Below, in pieces: positions 18,770 through 28,792 of a stretch of 64,000 bases of DNA. The translations under genes were made by a program, and so were the position numbers. Numbering within the stretch: the first letter of the stretch is position 1; each line of letters begins with the position of its first letter. The notes below the pieces were generated by a model. The model ran no database searches. It saw only the letters and a list, made by a program, of their open reading frames with translations, and had not been told where the DNA came from. Source of the DNA: Alphaproteobacteria bacterium (GTDB lineage Bacteria > Pseudomonadota > Alphaproteobacteria > JAAXGF01); assembly GCA_963555825.3 (NCBI GenBank), contig CAUVXB020000001.1:1568001-1632000 (forward strand), read 5' to 3'.

Positions 18770-20362
18770 TCAGCCGTCGAGCGCGACGAAGGCCATCGCC
18801 TGGTGGACGGTGCGTCGGGCGTGCTTGCGCTTGAGCGGTGAGTTGATGAGCCGGTTGAGCGCCGCGACGACGTCGCGGGCCGCCTCGCCCGCCGCGCCCG
18901 ACGTGACTTCGGCACGCGCGGCCAGCAGCGTCTTCACGAAATGGATCGAGACGATGTATTCGTCGCGGCCGTGGTCGAACAGGCTATCGACCGAGGCGTC
19001 GAAGAACGCGTCGACGTCGGTGACGCGCCAGTCCTCGAGCGCGATGTCGGGATCGGTAAAGGCGGCGTTGCGGCCCGAGAAGCACGCCATCTGCAGCAGC
19101 CCCGCGGGCCACAGCTCGGGGAACTTGGCGCATTCGAGGCGTAGCGCGTTGGCGAAGGTGATCGCGTGGGTGAAGTCGAGCCAGCCGATGTTGTCGGCGA
19201 TCTGGCCGTCGACCTGGTTCTGGTAGGCGAGGTCGTAGGTCGCCATGTTTCGCGCGTTGGCGCCCAACAGCGCGCGATAGAGCGCCTCGGCGGGCGCGGC
19301 GCCGTGATCGGCCGTCAGCGCCAGCGCGTGCTTCACGTTGAGGCCGCGGAACGCCTCGGCCGAGGGCGCGACGCCATTGGCCTTAGCCCCGAAACGCTCG
19401 AGCGCCGTGGCGTAGCCGCGGTATTCGGGGATATGGTCCTCGCGCGTCGCGTAGACCAGCGAACGGACGAGCGAGAACAGCAGCGGCGCGGCGACGCGGC
19501 GGCCCAGGCGGTCGATCAGCCGGCCGACCTTGACGACGTAGATCAGCGAATGGCCGAAGTCGTTGTAATGCGCGAGCGCCGCTCTCGCGAATCCCCGCTC
19601 GACGTCGGCGAAGCCGAGACCACCGTCGAGCGCGCCGCGCATCATGGCGACGGCGGTATCCTCGTCCTCGTCCTCGATGGCGACGACGAAGCGGTCTTCG
19701 TCGTAGTCGGCGACGCCGTCGGCGTAGGGATATGTCGTCGCCTTGCGCTGCTGATGCAGGTCGTAGGCGATGTGGCCGACGGTTTCGACCAGGCCGACGA
19801 GCTGGGACTCGGGATCGTCGGCGTATTCGTCGTAGAGCGCGAGCCAGTCCGCCGCGCCGGCATAGGCGTGGGTCATGCCGAACTCGAAACGCTCGTAGGA
19901 CCACCCGATCGCCTCGGCGACCGCGTCGACCGGGTCGGCGCCCAACAGGCGCAGCCGCGCGATCTCGCGCGCCAGCCGGGTGTAGTCGTGCTCGTCGAAG
20001 GCGTCGCGCAGGTTGCCCATGATCTCCGCGCGACGCGCCTTGGCCGGCTCGTCGGCGATGTCGATCCAGATCTCGCCGTCGCGCAGCGCGACCGGATAGG
20101 TGCGCAGCCGGTCGCCGCCATAGAGGTTGGCGCCGGTCGCCAGGTCGAACTTCCAGTTGTGCCAGTTGCAGGTCAACACGCAGGCGCCGTCGAGGGTGCC
20201 CCGGCGCAGTGGATAGCCCTCGTGGGGGCAACGGTTGTTGCAGGCGAGGACGCCCTTGGGCGTGTCGAACAGCGCGATCTGCCGCCCGGCCATGCGGACG
20301 ACCCGCCGGCCCTTCTGCTTGAGCGCGTCGAGCGTCAGCGCGCGGCGCCAATCGGTCGTCAT
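18770..20362 (-). CDS. Rieske [2Fe-2S] domain protein with a long uncharacterised helical C-terminus
   Basis: NRCPHEGYPL...LTCNWHNWKFDL. Confidence 0.88.
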   Translation of the reverse strand: MTTDWRRALTLDALKQKGRRVVRMAGRQIALFDTPKGVLACNNRCPHEGYPLRRGTLDGACVLTCNWHNWKFDLATGANLYGGDRLRTYPVALRDGEIWIDIADEPAKARRAEIMGNLRDAFDEHDYTRLAREIARLRLLGADPVDAVAEAIGWSYERFEFGMTHAYAGAADWLALYDEYADDPESQLVGLVETVGHIAYDLHQQRKATTYPYADGVADYDEDRFVVAIEDEDEDTAVAMMRGALDGGLGFADVERGFARAALAHYNDFGHSLIYVVKVGRLIDRLGRRVAAPLLFSLVRSLVYATREDHIPEYRGYATALERFGAKANGVAPSAEAFRGLNVKHALALTADHGAAPAEALYRALLGANARNMATYDLAYQNQVDGQIADNIGWLDFTHAITFANALRLECAKFPELWPAGLLQMACFSGRNAAFTDPDIALEDWRVTDVDAFFDASVDSLFDHGRDEYIVSIHFVKTLLAARAEVTSGAAGEAARDVVAALNRLINSPLKRKHARRTVHQAMAFVALDG

Positions 20363-20430
20363 GACGGCCCCCCTCGGTCGATCTGAAGCATGCCGGGAAT
20401 CGTGGGGCCGAGGCGGCGCGGAGTCAAGCC

Positions 20431-21339
20431 TCAGCCGTTGTTGGTGACCGACATGGCGTCGATGTCGCCCAGCACGCGCGTGACGATATCGGCGTTGTCG
20501 AACAGCGCCGCGAAGTCGCTGTCGTCGAACACGCCGATCTTGTCCCCCCACGACTCGCGCCTCGCGTCGAGGCCCAGATACTGGCAGACGATGCGCGTCG
20601 CGAACGGCTCCTTGTCCTCGGCCCCGGTCAACAGCGACAGGCCCTGGATATAGGTGAAAGGGCGCGCCGAAGGCTCGTTCAGCGTCATCGATTGGAGCTC
20701 GCCGTCATGATGGCCAATCAGAAAGATACGGCCGTTCCGACTGTGGACGTAGCCGGCGATGATATGGCTGCGCGCTTTATGCCGGTCGAACTGGTCGGCG
20801 TATTTGATGAACAGGGTGAAACGCGGCATCGGCAGGCCCTCGACCGAAACGTCCAGGGTCGGGCTGAGCGGCAGAATATGCAGCCACGACACCGACATTC
20901 GTCCCGGTCGGTGCGAGCGGCGTATCGCCAGATAATAGCCGCTGTAGCGGTCGAACACGCGCTGCACGTCGCCCTCGGTGATCGGCAGCTGCACGCGGAT
21001 CAGGTCGAGGCGCGCGATACGGCCGACGATGCCTTCGCGCGATCGCGGCGGTTGCGCCGCATCCTGGGCGCCGACGCCGTCGGGAAACAGCTCGCGATTG
21101 CTGGCGACGTATTTGAACAGCCGGCCAAGGAACACGTTGTCCGGGCGCAGGCTCTTGCCGTAGGCGAAGTTGCGCACCGTGTGTTCGGCCGAGTCACAGC
21201 CGCGCGCCAGATCCTTGAGACGGAGGCCCCGGTTGCTGCGTACGAAATTGACGGCCTCGCGTAGCCGTTCGACCTCGGCGCCACTCAGCATGGCGCCGAC
21301 GTCGCGGTCGGGCCGCGAGAAATCCATGTCCGGTATCAT
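20431..21339 (-). CDS. hypothetical protein with a probable N-terminal XRE-like HTH
   Basis: GLRLKDLARGC...EHTVRNFAYGKS.RP; beta-rich C-terminus; start uncertain. Confidence 0.65.
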   Translation of the reverse strand: MIPDMDFSRPDRDVGAMLSGAEVERLREAVNFVRSNRGLRLKDLARGCDSAEHTVRNFAYGKSLRPDNVFLGRLFKYVASNRELFPDGVGAQDAAQPPRSREGIVGRIARLDLIRVQLPITEGDVQRVFDRYSGYYLAIRRSHRPGRMSVSWLHILPLSPTLDVSVEGLPMPRFTLFIKYADQFDRHKARSHIIAGYVHSRNGRIFLIGHHDGELQSMTLNEPSARPFTYIQGLSLLTGAEDKEPFATRIVCQYLGLDARRESWGDKIGVFDDSDFAALFDNADIVTRVLGDIDAMSVTNNG

Positions 21340-21394
21340 ATCCGCCCCCATCCGCCATGGTCGGATCACTTGCGCCGCGCCGCATGCACGACCG

Positions 21395-21630
21395 TGTAAT
21401 AATTTGCCACTAATAGATTAATTTAAATGTTTCTAATCATATAACACCACAAATCTACTCTTAAAATACATATTTCACAAATGTTGGCCAGATATAATCC
21501 GTTGAAATTATTGCTTTATCACGCTCCAGCATCACAAACTCTCGATGAAATTCTATAATCTCCAAATACTAATATACACAATGTTACTACGCTCTCGCTC
21601 AAAAACAAACCTAAATCCAGGACGGGAGAT
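21395..21630. promoter_or_regulatory. AT-rich divergent promoter region
   Basis: Strongly AT-rich spacer between divergent ORFs; two TATAAT copies; GGGAG RBS before 21636. Confidence 0.6.
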
Positions 21631-21635
21631 TGGTC

Positions 21636-22166
21636 ATGTCAGAGGCTCGGGATTACGTCACCGCTCCGACCCCAATTCGACGGCTTGATGACGACGACGA
21701 ACCGGGGATAACGCTCAGCATCATCGACACGCTCGACAACCTGCGGCAGATCGCCGGGCGCTGCCTCACGGACGAGCCGTTGGGCCGGGATTTGTCGAGC
21801 TGGCTCGGCGAAGCGCTCGACCAATATCTGACACGCCAGGCGCGTACCATCGAGGAGGCGCTCGGCCTGATCTTCCCCCAGGGCGGCGTGCCCTGGTGGC
21901 GCGAGGAGGCGATCCGCATCCGTGACGCGGCGTTCCGCGAATGGGCCGACGGGTTTCCCGACGACTGTTCGATTTGCCGCCAGGCGAATCTAATCTGGAC
22001 GAGCGCGGTGCGCTATGCCGCGTCGGCCTGGCAGATCGACAGCAACAATGTCGAGATGCCGATGCGCTATATCGAGACGCCCAAGGAGTATCTGTGGCGC
22101 GCCTTCAAATCGGGCGCGCCGATGCCGATCGGCGAACGCCAACTGCGCAACATCCTGGCGCACTGA
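21636..22166 (+). CDS. hypothetical protein
   Basis: Good RBS, host-like codon usage, no recognised motif. Confidence 0.75.
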   Translation: MSEARDYVTAPTPIRRLDDDDEPGITLSIIDTLDNLRQIAGRCLTDEPLGRDLSSWLGEALDQYLTRQARTIEEALGLIFPQGGVPWWREEAIRIRDAAFREWADGFPDDCSICRQANLIWTSAVRYAASAWQIDSNNVEMPMRYIETPKEYLWRAFKSGAPMPIGERQLRNILAH

Positions 22167-22289
22167 TCGCAGCGCTATCGCCAGCGACGCGGCGGCCGCT
22201 TGTACTGGCAGGTATTGTGGCCTAACGTCGAGGGTAGTGGTCGATGTAGTGGTAGTTACGGGTCGAACGCGGCGCGTCATCGGCCAGGA

Positions 22290-23804
22290 ATGTCGATTGT
22301 GACTCCGGCGACCGGCGCCGATCGGCCGGGATCGGATTCCGGCCAACGTGTCGGTGTTGTCGACATCGGCTCGAACTCGACCCGGCTCGTCGTCTTCGAC
22401 GGGCTCCAGCGTGGCGCAATCCCGGTCGTCAACGAAAAGGAACTTTGCGGACTCGGGCTTGGCCTGGCGAGGAACGGCCGGCTGAGCGACGCGGCGATGG
22501 CCTGCACCCAAGCGAGCGTCGCGCGGATGACGCGGCTCGCCGAGGCGATGGGCGTCACGCGGCTCGACTTCCTGGCGACCGCCGCGGTGCGCGACGCGCG
22601 CAACGGGCCGAAGTTCGCCGCGGCGCTCGAGCGCACCGCCGGGCAGCCGGTCCGCGTGATCGACGCGGCCGAGGAGGCGCGCCTGTCGTCACTTGGCGTT
22701 GTCAGCGGCTTCGTCGGCGCCAACGGCATCATGGGCGACATGGGCGGCGGCAGTCTCGAACTCGCGGCGATCAAGGGCGACAGAATCGGCGATTACACCA
22801 CCCTGCCGCTCGGCGCCTTGCGCCTGATCGATCGCGGCGGCGTATCGAAGTCGGCGCGCCTGCGGATCGACCGCAAACTCGACGGCGTCGAATGGCTCGG
22901 CGCCAAAAACCCAACGTCTTTCTATGCGGTCGGCGGCGCCTGGCGCAGCCTCGCGCGCATCCATATGGTCGAGACCGAACACCCGATCCGTATGGTTCAT
23001 GGCTTTGGCCTCGCGCGGCGCGAGGCGGAAATTCTGTGCGACATGGTCGCGAGCGCGGACCCATCGTCACTCGAGACGCTGCCCGATATCTCGAAACGTC
23101 GCGTCGAGACGCTGCCGGTCGCCGCCATGGTGCTCAAGGGCGTGCTCGACCGCGTCGCGCCTAAATCCGTCGTATTCTCGGCGTTCGGTTTGCGCGAGGG
23201 CTGGCTCTATGATTTGCTCGACGCCAAGGAACGCGCGCGCGATCCGCTGATCGTCGCGTGCCGCGATCCGCTGCTCGCACCGCGGCGTTCGGACGCGCTG
23301 GCCGATTTGCTGATCGACTGGACGGCGCCGCTGTTTCCGGACCAGAGCCGCGCCGGCCGTCGGCGCCGGCGCGCCGCGACCCTGCTCAGCGACATTGCCT
23401 GGCGCGACCCGCCCGATCATCGTGCCTGGCACGCCTGCCACCGCGCGCTCTACCTGCCGATCGGCGGGCTCGGCCATGCCGACCGCGCCTATCTCGCGAT
23501 CGCGCTGGCGACGCGCTATGGCGGGGCGAACGGAAACGGCCTGATCGGGCCGCTGTGGCCGCTGCTCAAGCGCCGCGAGCGGCACGACGCGGTCGTGCTG
23601 GGCGCCGCCCTTCGGCTCGGCTATGCGATATCGGGCGGCGCGCCCGAGCTGTTGCGACCGTGCAAGCTCGTCGTCCGCAAGAAAGTCGTCGAACTCGCCT
23701 GCGATAGCGACGATGCACCGCTACGGTCGGAGACCGCCCAACGACGGTATGACGCGCTGGTGCGCGCAATGGCGGCGGAAGACCTACCGATGGCGTCCGG
23801 TTGA
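22290..23804 (+). CDS. ppx: Ppx/GppA exopolyphosphatase
   Basis: VVDIGSNS.RL, ATAAVRDA.NG, EEARLS, DMGGGSLEL, GLREG. Confidence 0.92.
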   Translation: MSIVTPATGADRPGSDSGQRVGVVDIGSNSTRLVVFDGLQRGAIPVVNEKELCGLGLGLARNGRLSDAAMACTQASVARMTRLAEAMGVTRLDFLATAAVRDARNGPKFAAALERTAGQPVRVIDAAEEARLSSLGVVSGFVGANGIMGDMGGGSLELAAIKGDRIGDYTTLPLGALRLIDRGGVSKSARLRIDRKLDGVEWLGAKNPTSFYAVGGAWRSLARIHMVETEHPIRMVHGFGLARREAEILCDMVASADPSSLETLPDISKRRVETLPVAAMVLKGVLDRVAPKSVVFSAFGLREGWLYDLLDAKERARDPLIVACRDPLLAPRRSDALADLLIDWTAPLFPDQSRAGRRRRRAATLLSDIAWRDPPDHRAWHACHRALYLPIGGLGHADRAYLAIALATRYGGANGNGLIGPLWPLLKRRERHDAVVLGAALRLGYAISGGAPELLRPCKLVVRKKVVELACDSDDAPLRSETAQRRYDALVRAMAAEDLPMASG

Positions 23805-23809
23805 CAGGC

Positions 23810-23883
23810 TGGAGCGGGTGAAGGGAATCGAACCCTCGTCGTAAGCTTGGGAAGCTTCTGCTCTGCCATTGAGCTACACCCGC
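23810..23883 (-). tRNA. tRNA-Gly (CCC)
   Basis: GCGGGTGTAGCTCAATGGCAGAGC...TT CCC AA...GGTTCGATTCCCTTCACCCGCTCCA, 74 nt with encoded CCA. Confidence 0.97.
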
Positions 23884-24172
23884 GCAATAGCCTGGGAAGG
23901 CTGGAATATAGGGGCCTAGGCGCCTCTTGAGCAAGGTCACTGTTCGACTGAAATATGGATCGGATTGGCAAGAGCCGGCTACGCCGCGTCACACTCATGC
24001 CACACTGCTCAATATCGTTCGACCACTGTTCACGAAAACCATCCGTGTTCGGCAACCTCGCATACCTACGTTGGCGAAACGAATTTGAGTGAGATTCTCG
24101 GCTAGATAGCTTAGAGAAGTGCGCCGGACGCGGTCAGCGTCCATGACGGGAACGAGTGAGAGACCGGGGACC

Positions 24173-24595
24173 ATGAGCGAGAAAACAGCCAGCGGCGAGA
24201 AAACCGCAAAACAGACGACATCCGAGACCAAACCGACGCCGTCGTCGACATCGGCTGACGGCGCAGCGCCTCCAAGCGGGAAATCGACCAAGGAGCGGGC
24301 CGCCGCCGACCACGGGGTGAGCTATTTCTCCAGCGTTTCCAGCCCGCATTACCGCGCCCGCTGGGATTCGATCTTTTCCTCTGGCGGGAATACGGCGACC
24401 AGGAAACGGCGGGCAAACCCGGGGAACGGCCTGCCCGTCACCATCGCGCTGGACCCTTCCGACCTCGACGACGAGGTTCGGGCGCGGATCGAGGACGCCT
24501 TCCGGCGCAAGGCGAAGACGCGGCGCATCAAGTTCGACCGGTTCATGAAGCAGGCGCAGATGACCTGGCGCCTCGAATGCGAGTTCACCGAATAG
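24173..24595 (+). CDS. hypothetical protein
   Basis: GGGGA RBS, low-complexity N-terminus, host-like codons. Confidence 0.6.
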   Translation: MSEKTASGEKTAKQTTSETKPTPSSTSADGAAPPSGKSTKERAAADHGVSYFSSVSSPHYRARWDSIFSSGGNTATRKRRANPGNGLPVTIALDPSDLDDEVRARIEDAFRRKAKTRRIKFDRFMKQAQMTWRLECEFTE

Positions 24596-24764
24596 CCACC
24601 GGCGACGAGATCACGCGATGAACCCGGGTAGCGTGGCCATCGCGGCGGTACCTGCGTATAGTCGGTCGCGAAGCCCCGCGACGCACACGAACTGTTGATT
24701 TGGTACTGGCCCAAAAACGCCTTAGCTCTAACCGTGAGTTCTTGCAGCCGAATTCCGTGGACCG

Positions 24765-25724
24765 ATGACCAAAACTGCCCTCGCCGCCGCGCCCCAGCTC
24801 GATCCGCGAAAGTTCCGCGACCCCGACGTCACTGCCGACGGCGAGCGTCGCGCCTCGGTCGCGTTCGCTGGCCTCGAGACGCTGTGGATCAACACCGGCA
24901 CCCTGTGCAACCTGACCTGCAGCAACTGCTATATCGAGTCGAGCCCGCGCAACGACCGGCTCGTTTACATCACAGCGGCCGAGGTCGCCGTCTATCTCGA
25001 CGAGATCGAGCGCGAGGCGCTGGGCGCTCACGAGATCGGCTTCACCGGTGGCGAGCCGTTCATGAACCCCGACATCATCGTCATGCTCGAGGACAGTCTT
25101 GCCCGCGGCTTCCGCGCCCTGGTGCTGACCAACGCCATGCGGCCGATGCTGAAGCTAAAGTCGCGTCTGCTGGCGCTCAAGGCACGATTCGGCGACCGCC
25201 TGGTGATGCGCGTCTCAGTCGACCACTACGGTCCGGCGCTGCACGAAGTCGAGCGCGGCAAGCACGCTTGGCGGCGCATAATGGAAGGCCTCGAGTGGCT
25301 CGCCCGCAACGGCTTCAATGTCCACGTCGCCGGCCGCACCTGCTGGGGTGAATCGGAGGCTGATTTGCGCCAAGGCTTCGCGCGCCTGTTCGCCGAGCAT
25401 GGCTTGCCGATCGACGCCGCCGATCCGGTCGAGCTGGTGCTGTTCCCCGAAATGGACGGCACCGCCGACGTGCCCGAGATCACCGAAAAATGCTGGTCGA
25501 TCCTGGGCGTCGAACCGCGGTCGATGATGTGTGCGACCTCGCGCATGGTGATCAAACGCAAGGGCGCGGCACTGCCCGCCGTCGTCGCCTGCACGCTGCT
25601 GCCCTACGAACCGGAATTCGAGCTCGGCCACGGCCTGGTCGAGGCGCAGGCGACGGTGAAACTCAACCATCCGCACTGCGCAACCTTCTGCGTGCTCGGC
25701 GGCGCATCCTGCGGCACGGGCTAA
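24765..25724 (+). CDS. radical SAM protein
   Basis: CNLTCSNC, FTGGEPF, LTN; Cys-rich C-terminus. Confidence 0.92.
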   Translation: MTKTALAAAPQLDPRKFRDPDVTADGERRASVAFAGLETLWINTGTLCNLTCSNCYIESSPRNDRLVYITAAEVAVYLDEIEREALGAHEIGFTGGEPFMNPDIIVMLEDSLARGFRALVLTNAMRPMLKLKSRLLALKARFGDRLVMRVSVDHYGPALHEVERGKHAWRRIMEGLEWLARNGFNVHVAGRTCWGESEADLRQGFARLFAEHGLPIDAADPVELVLFPEMDGTADVPEITEKCWSILGVEPRSMMCATSRMVIKRKGAALPAVVACTLLPYEPEFELGHGLVEAQATVKLNHPHCATFCVLGGASCGTG

Positions 25725-25870
25725 TTCTCTTGGTTTAGGACCGGCTCGCCTCTGACCGCGACCACCATCGGGCGCTGGACAAAACCGCGTCAACGGACAA
25801 TATTCCCTATCGGTCGCGCGGCCGTCACGGCGGCGCGCCTCGTACCTCTTCGACGTTCGGGATCGCGCTG

Positions 25871-26263
25871 ATGTATCAAGCAACGACACGTACAATTCAG
25901 GTCACGGTCGAGACCTTCTATCTCGCTGAACAATCGACGCCCAGCGACGACCATTACGTCTGGGCGTATCAGATTCACATCGAGAACCAGGGCCCCGAGA
26001 TCGTCCAGCTGCTCAACCGGCATTGGTACATCACCGACGCCAACGGCCGCGCCCAGGAGGTCGAGGGCCCGGGCGTCGTCGGCGAACAACCGGTCTTGAA
26101 CCCGGGCGAGTCGTTCGAGTACACCAGTGGCACGCCGCTTTCGACGCCTTCGGGCATCATGGTCGGCACTTACGAGATGGTGACCAGCACCGGTGAACGG
26201 TTCGACGTGAAAATTCCGGCGTTTTCGCTGGACAGCCCATACCAGCCGGTCAGCGTACATTAG
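25871..26263 (+). CDS. apaG: ApaG protein
   Basis: AY.I.I.N, QLL.RHW.ITD, V.G.GVVGEQP.L.PGE.F.YTSG. Confidence 0.97.
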   Translation: MYQATTRTIQVTVETFYLAEQSTPSDDHYVWAYQIHIENQGPEIVQLLNRHWYITDANGRAQEVEGPGVVGEQPVLNPGESFEYTSGTPLSTPSGIMVGTYEMVTSTGERFDVKIPAFSLDSPYQPVSVH

Positions 26264-26293
26264 CCGTGCCTGGGCCGGAACGAGGAGAATTTC

Positions 26294-26953
26294 GTGAATA
26301 CGAGTAAGTCCGTCACCGTCGTCGACGCCGCATCCCTGGATTTGTCGGAAGGATCTTCGGTATCCGGCCGGGACGCGCGCGACGAGGCCGAAGCGGCCGT
26401 CAAGGTGCTGCTTCGCTGGACGGGTGACGACCCCGAACGCGAGGGTTTGCTGGACACGCCGGCGCGCGTCGTTCGCGCCTTCGAAGAATATTTCTCTGGC
26501 TACCGGTACGACCCGGTCGACGTGCTGGCGCGCACCTTCGAAGAGCACCACGACTACGACGAGATGGTCGTCCTGCGGGACATCCGTTTCAATTCGCATT
26601 GCGAGCACCACATGGCGCCGATCATCGGCAAGGCCCATGTCGCCTATCTGCCGCGCAAACGCGTGGTCGGCATCTCGAAGCTCGCGCGCCTGGTCGACAT
26701 CTACGCACGCCGGCTTCAGATCCAGGAAAAGCTCACCGCGCAGGTCGCCGACACGATCAACGACGTGCTCGAGCCCAAGGGTGTCGCCGTCGTCATCGAG
26801 GCCGAGCACCACTGCATGACGACGCGTGGTATTCACCGTCCTGGCACCTTCATGGTGACCAGCCGCATGCTTGGCGGATTCCGCACCGACCCGCGAACGC
26901 GGCGCGAGTTCTTGACCATGATCGGCAGCCCGGCGACACGAAACGCGAGTTAA
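26294..26953 (+). CDS. folE: GTP cyclohydrolase I
   Basis: REGL..TP.RV, SHCEHH, GISKL.R, RLQIQE.LT, H.CM..RG. Confidence 0.97.
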   Translation: MNTSKSVTVVDAASLDLSEGSSVSGRDARDEAEAAVKVLLRWTGDDPEREGLLDTPARVVRAFEEYFSGYRYDPVDVLARTFEEHHDYDEMVVLRDIRFNSHCEHHMAPIIGKAHVAYLPRKRVVGISKLARLVDIYARRLQIQEKLTAQVADTINDVLEPKGVAVVIEAEHHCMTTRGIHRPGTFMVTSRMLGGFRTDPRTRREFLTMIGSPATRNAS

Positions 26954-27006
26954 TACCGGGCGCGCGCCATAGTATTTGCGGGAGGATATAACACCAGGAT
27001 GCCCGC

Positions 27007-28455
27007 GTGATTGATATCCGACCGATCCTGTTCGTCATCGGAATCTTGCTGACGACATTGGCCGCGTTCATGTTCCTGCCGGCGCTGGTCGACGCGGCGC
27101 AGGGCCATCCCGACTGGCGGGTTTTCCTGTCCGCCGCCTTCTTCACCCTGTTCATCGGCGTTTCGCTGGTCTTGATGAACCGCAGCGGGCCGGTCCGGCT
27201 CAATATCCGCCAGACCTTTCTGCTGACCACGCTGGCCTGGGTGGTGATGGTCGCCTTCGCCGCCCTGCCCTTCGTCTTCGCCGACATCGAGCTCGACTAC
27301 GCCGACGCCTTCTTCGAGGCCATGTCGGGCCTGACGACGACCGGCTCGACGGTCATCGTCGGGCTCGACGATGCGCCGCCCGGCATTTTGCTGTGGCGCG
27401 CGTTGCTGCAGTGGCAAGGCGGCATCGGCATTATCGTCATGGCGATCGCGGTCTTGCCCATGCTCGGCATCGGCGGCATGGCGCTGTTTCGCACCGAATC
27501 ATCGGACCAATCCGAGAAGGTGCTGCCGCGCGCGGCCCAGATGTCGACCGTCATCGGCTTGATCTACCTGACGCTGAGCGTCGCCGCCGCGGTCGCGTAC
27601 TGGTTGGCCGGCATGACGTTCTTCGAAGCCATGTGCCACGCCATGACGACCATCTCGACGGCGGGGTTCTCGACCGCCGATGCCTCGATCGGCCATTTCG
27701 CATCGCCGGCCATCGAATGGATCGCGACCGTCTTCATGATCATCGGCGGACTGCCCTTCGTGCTCTACTTCCAATTGGTGCGCGGCAACGGCGAACTGCT
27801 GTGGCGTGATTCCCAGACCAGGGCGTTCCTGATTCTGGTCGTGATTGTGGTCGGCGTCATGGCGGGATGGCTGTGGCTGGCCAACGACACGGCGTTCGAA
27901 ATCGCCGTCCGGCACGCCGCGTTCAATTCGGTTTCCGTGATCACCGGTACCGGCTATGCCTCGACCGACTACAACAGCTGGGGCGGATTCGCGGTGACCC
28001 TGTTGTTGTTCGTCATGGTCGTCGGCGGTTGCACGGGCTCGACGACGGGCGGCATCAAGATGTTCCGCTTTCAGGTCATCAGCGCCATCGTGCCGGTACA
28101 AATCCGACGGCTCTTGCTGCCCCACGGCATCTTCGTGGCGCATTACAACCGCAAGCCGATCCCCGACGCGGCGGCCGACTCGGTAATGAATTTCTTCTTC
28201 TTGTTCGCCTTGATTTTCGTCGCCGTCGCAGTGGCGCTCGCCGGTTTCGGGCTGGACTTCATGACCAGCGTCTCGGGTGCGTTGACCGCACTCGCCAACG
28301 TCGGGCCGGGCCTCGGCGACGTGATCGGGCCGGCCGGCAATTTCGCCAGTCTGCCCGACGGCGCCAAATGGTTGCTCTCGGCCGCCATGCTGTTGGGCCG
28401 GCTCGAGCTGTTCACCGTCCTGGTGCTGTTTACGCCGCGCTTTTGGCGCGGCTGA
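27007..28455 (+). CDS. trkH: Trk potassium uptake permease
   Basis: FEAMSG.TTTG, GGIGII, GGC.GST.GGIK, NVGPG, GRLE. Confidence 0.95.
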   Translation: MIDIRPILFVIGILLTTLAAFMFLPALVDAAQGHPDWRVFLSAAFFTLFIGVSLVLMNRSGPVRLNIRQTFLLTTLAWVVMVAFAALPFVFADIELDYADAFFEAMSGLTTTGSTVIVGLDDAPPGILLWRALLQWQGGIGIIVMAIAVLPMLGIGGMALFRTESSDQSEKVLPRAAQMSTVIGLIYLTLSVAAAVAYWLAGMTFFEAMCHAMTTISTAGFSTADASIGHFASPAIEWIATVFMIIGGLPFVLYFQLVRGNGELLWRDSQTRAFLILVVIVVGVMAGWLWLANDTAFEIAVRHAAFNSVSVITGTGYASTDYNSWGGFAVTLLLFVMVVGGCTGSTTGGIKMFRFQVISAIVPVQIRRLLLPHGIFVAHYNRKPIPDAAADSVMNFFFLFALIFVAVAVALAGFGLDFMTSVSGALTALANVGPGLGDVIGPAGNFASLPDGAKWLLSAAMLLGRLELFTVLVLFTPRFWRG

Positions 28456-28541
28456 TCGCCCGCCGATTAGTGGGTGATCGACGCCGGGGCAAGCGTATAT
28501 AGTTGCCGCTGTCGACCACTCGATATTTTGGGAGAAGAATA

Positions 28542-28694
28542 ATGGAAGGATCGGGCTGGGACTGGGGAACGGTGCCTCAATGGCTCACGTTGCTCGCCAT
28601 CGGCGGGTTTGCGATCTGCATCACGCTGTGGCTCGCCAACGTCGTCGAGGAAGTCAAGGATTTGACCCGCGCCCTCGCAAAACTCTCGAAATAG
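28542..28694 (+). CDS. small single-TM protein
   Basis: GGAGA RBS, one hydrophobic helix, 50 aa. Confidence 0.5.
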   Translation: MEGSGWDWGTVPQWLTLLAIGGFAICITLWLANVVEEVKDLTRALAKLSK

Positions 28695-28792
28695 GTCGAT
28701 TTCCGAGCGGGTAACGCGTAGCCGGCAAACACGTTGCCGCCCGCCAATCGCGACGTGGCGGTCGAACGGTTTGGCGGCGGCGGCGCGGCGCG

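Noticed and set aside
21395-21630. Replication origin
   Set aside because: No clear DnaA boxes (TTATCCACA) or CtrA TTAA-N7-TTAA sites seen, and no origin-linked genes nearby
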